The translations under genes were made by a program, and so were the position numbers. The notes beneath the pieces are model-generated. The model was not told where the DNA came from. It made no database searches and saw only the letters and a list, made by a program, of their open reading frames with translations. Of a DNA stretch of 64,000 nucleotides, positions 61,210 to 64,000 are shown in pieces. This DNA is from Eutreptiella sp. 'Long Island Sound 2002' (taxonomy: Eukaryota; Protista; Euglenida). The DNA lies in the NCBI GenBank assembly GCA_964036045.1, contig OZ038378.1:173910001-173974000 (forward strand). Reading direction: 5' to 3'. Every line of letters starts with the position of its first letter. Position 1 is the first letter of the stretch.

Positions 61210-63810
61210 TGGTGGCCAGGGGGCCTTATACCTTACCCAGCTGGGCGGGACTCCCTGTCCCCCCGGCCGGTGGGCCCGCGCCGCTGGAGGTTCCCGCCCC
61301 CCGTGGTCGCTCACCAGACAGCGACCACCGCCTGGGCGGGGCTCCCCGTCCCCCCAACCGGCAGGCCCGCGCCGATGGGGACTACCATCCCCCACAGGCA
61401 CTCTTAAGGCAGCGACCAGCGCCTGGGTAGCACTCCCTGTTCCCCCAAGGTCTCCGGTACTGCTTGCTTACCCTGCCTGCTTGCTTCCCCCAAGGACTAG
61501 TTGGGGTAGACGGCCAGGTAGACGGGTATAAGATGGGACCCGTCTTATACCAGTGGAGGCGAGGACTTAGTACGGTCCCCGGACCCAAAAAACCAGCCCG
61601 GACCTCTATGGATGGGAGAACCTGACGCGGGGACAACCTGACAAGACACATCTCGGTAGCGACCACCGGTGGGCCCGCGCCAATGGGGGCTGCTATCCCC
61701 CTGAGGCGCTCTTTAGGCAGCGACCACCAGCTGGTGGGCGCGCGCCGATGGGGGCCCCAGGCGCTGTTTAGGCAGCGACCGCCTATTGGGCAGGACTCCC
61801 CGTCCCCCCAGCCAGTGGGCCCGCGCGGATGGGGGCTGCCATCCCCCTCGGGCGCTCTTTAGGTAGCAACCACTAGCCGGTGGGCCCGCGCCGATGGGGG
61901 CTGCGTCCCCCCAGCCAGTGGGCCCATGCGGATGGGGGCTGCCATCCCCCTCAGGCGCTCTTTAGGCAGCAACCACTAGCCGGTGGGCCCGCGCCGATGG
62001 GGGCTGTGTCCCCCCCAAGCGCTGTTTAGGCAGCGACCGCCTCCTGGGATGGACTCCCCGTCCCCCCAGCTGGTGAGCCCGCGCTGACGGGGGCTGCCGT
62101 CCCGCACGGGCACTCTTAAGGCAGTAAATACCTCTTGGGCAAGACCCCCCGTCCCCCCAGCCTGTGAGCCCGCGCCGTTTTGGGGGCTGCCGTCCCCAGA
62201 CGGCGCTCTCTCGGCAGCAATCACCTCCTGAGCAAGACTCCTTTCCCCCCAGCCGGTGGACCCGCGCCGATGTGGGTTGCCATCCCCAGTAGGCGCTCTT
62301 TAGGCACCGGCCACCGCCTGGGCGGGACTCCCGCCCCTGGGCCCGCGCCAATGGAGGCTGCCATCCCCGGCAGGCGCTCTTAAGCCGAGAACCACCTCCT
62401 GGGCAGGAACCCCGTCCCCCCGGCCTGTGAGCTCGCGCCGGTTTGGGGGCTGCTATCCCCACACGGTGCCCTCTAGGCAGCAACCACCTCTTGGGCGGGA
62501 CTCTCCGTCCCCCTAGCCACTGGACCCGTGCCGATGGGGGTTGCCATCCCCTGCAGGCGCTCTTTAGGCAGCGGCCACCGCCTGGGCGGGACTCCCGCCC
62601 CTGGGCCCGCGCCAATGGAGGCTGCCATCCCCTGCAGGCGCTCTTAAGCCGAGAACCACCTCCTGGGCAGGAACCCCGTCCCCCCGGCCTATGAGCTTGC
62701 GCCGGTTTTGGGGGCTGCTATCCCCACACGGTGCCCTCTAGGCAGCAACCACCTCTTGGGCGGGACTCTCCGTCCCCCTAGCCACTGGACCCGTGCCGAT
62801 GGGGGTTGCCATCCCCTGCAGGCGCTCTTTAGGCAGCGGCCACCGCATGGGTGGGATTCCCCGTCCCCCCCGGCCCATGGGCCCGCGCCAATGGGGGCTG
62901 CCGTCCCCCAGGCGCTCTTTGGTCGGCGACCGCCTCCTAGGCTGGACTCCCCGTCCCCCCAAACGGTGGGCCCGCACCATTGTGGGGGCTGCTATCCCCA
63001 GCAAGCACTCTCTAGGCAGCCACCACCTCCTAGACGGGGCTCCCCGTCCCCCCAGCCGGTGGGCCCGCGCCGATGGGGGCCGCCATCCCCCACAAGCGCT
63101 CTTAAGGTGGAGACCACCTTCTGGACGGGGCACCCTGTCCGCTCAGTTGGTGGGCCCAAGGCGTTGTGGGGACTGCTATCCCCAGCAGGCGCTCTCTAGG
63201 CAACGACCACCTCCTGGGCGAGACTCCCTGTCCCCCAGCTGGTGGGCCCGCACCGTTTTGGGGGCTTCTATCCCCCACAGGCACTCTTTAGGCAGCGATC
63301 ACTCCCTGGGCGGGACTCCCCGTCCCCCTAGCCGGTGGGCCCGCGCCGATGGGGGCTGCCATCCCCCATAGGCGCTCTTGAGGCAACGACCGCTGCTGGG
63401 CGGGACTCCTTGTCCCCGCAGTTTGTGGGCCCGCGCTGTTGAGGGCTGCTATTCCCCGATAGGAGCTCTCTTGACAGCTACCGCCGCGTGGGCGGGACTC
63501 CCCGTCCCCCCAGTTGATGGGCCCTCGCCGTTGGGGGCTGATGTCCCCTTGTAGGCGCTCTTTGGGCTGTGACCGCCGATTGGGTAGGACATCCCAGCCG
63601 GTGAGCTTGCGCTGTGTGGGGGCTACTATCCCCCGTTGCGCGCTTTTAAGACAGCGGCCGCCACATGGGCACGACTCCCCGTCCTCCCATCTAGTGGGCC
63701 TGCGCTGTAGAAGACTTCTACCCCCATGGGCGCTCTTTAGGCAGCGGCCACCACCTGGGCGGAACCATTTGTCCTCCAAGCCGGTGGGCTAGTACCATTG
63801 GGGGGTGCTA
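61210..63810. repeat. GC-rich satellite, monomer of about 90 bp with a local 265-bp higher-order unit
   Basis: Consensus of about GGTGGGCCCGCGCCGATGGGGGCTGCCATCCCC..GGCGCTCTTTAGGCAGCGACCACCTCCTGGGCGGGACTCCCCGTCCCCCCAGCC. Identical blocks start at 62443 and 62708. Confidence 0.92.
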
Positions 63811-64000
63811 TCCCCCCATAGGCGCTCCGTAAGTTTGTGCCGTGCCCTTTGCAGGGCCATGTCGCGATAAGTATACTGGCGCGTAGACCCCTAAGGTCGG
63901 CCGCCGCAGGCCATCCCCGCGAGTGCTGGAGAAGGGGCCGGCGCCCCAGCACTGGGCGGCCCGGTGTTTAGGGAACGTGGTGCCCATGGATGAGCGGCCC

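Overview
Repeat-rich eukaryotic genomic DNA, probably from a euglenid or related euglenozoan. This assignment rests on a euglenid-type spliced-leader-like 26-mer and a trypanosomatid-type cyclase fold. Three host genes are recognisable. (1) A + strand, multi-exon coiled-coil protein with a degenerate class III nucleotide-cyclase domain (exons about 4.2-25.0 kb). (2) An intact, intronless 2.45-kb HECT E3 ligase ORF (32766-35219), preceded 41 nt upstream by a spliced-leader-like sequence, so it is probably a retrogene. (3) A - strand EamA/DMT transporter (exons 59532-52335). An intron of gene 1 holds a roughly 7.9-kb decayed APE-RT-RNaseH LINE lying between two blocks of the same (CCTTCCTC)n microsatellite. 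A second, 5'-truncated LINE fragment (zf-RVT plus RNase H) ends inside a tRNA-like head that faces a second, convergent tRNA-like head. The rest is MITE-like elements, long inverted repeats, mini- and microsatellites and a roughly 90-bp GC-rich satellite at the right end. Several frameshifts fall in G/C homopolymers and are probably assembly errors. All calls were made by eye with no database searches.
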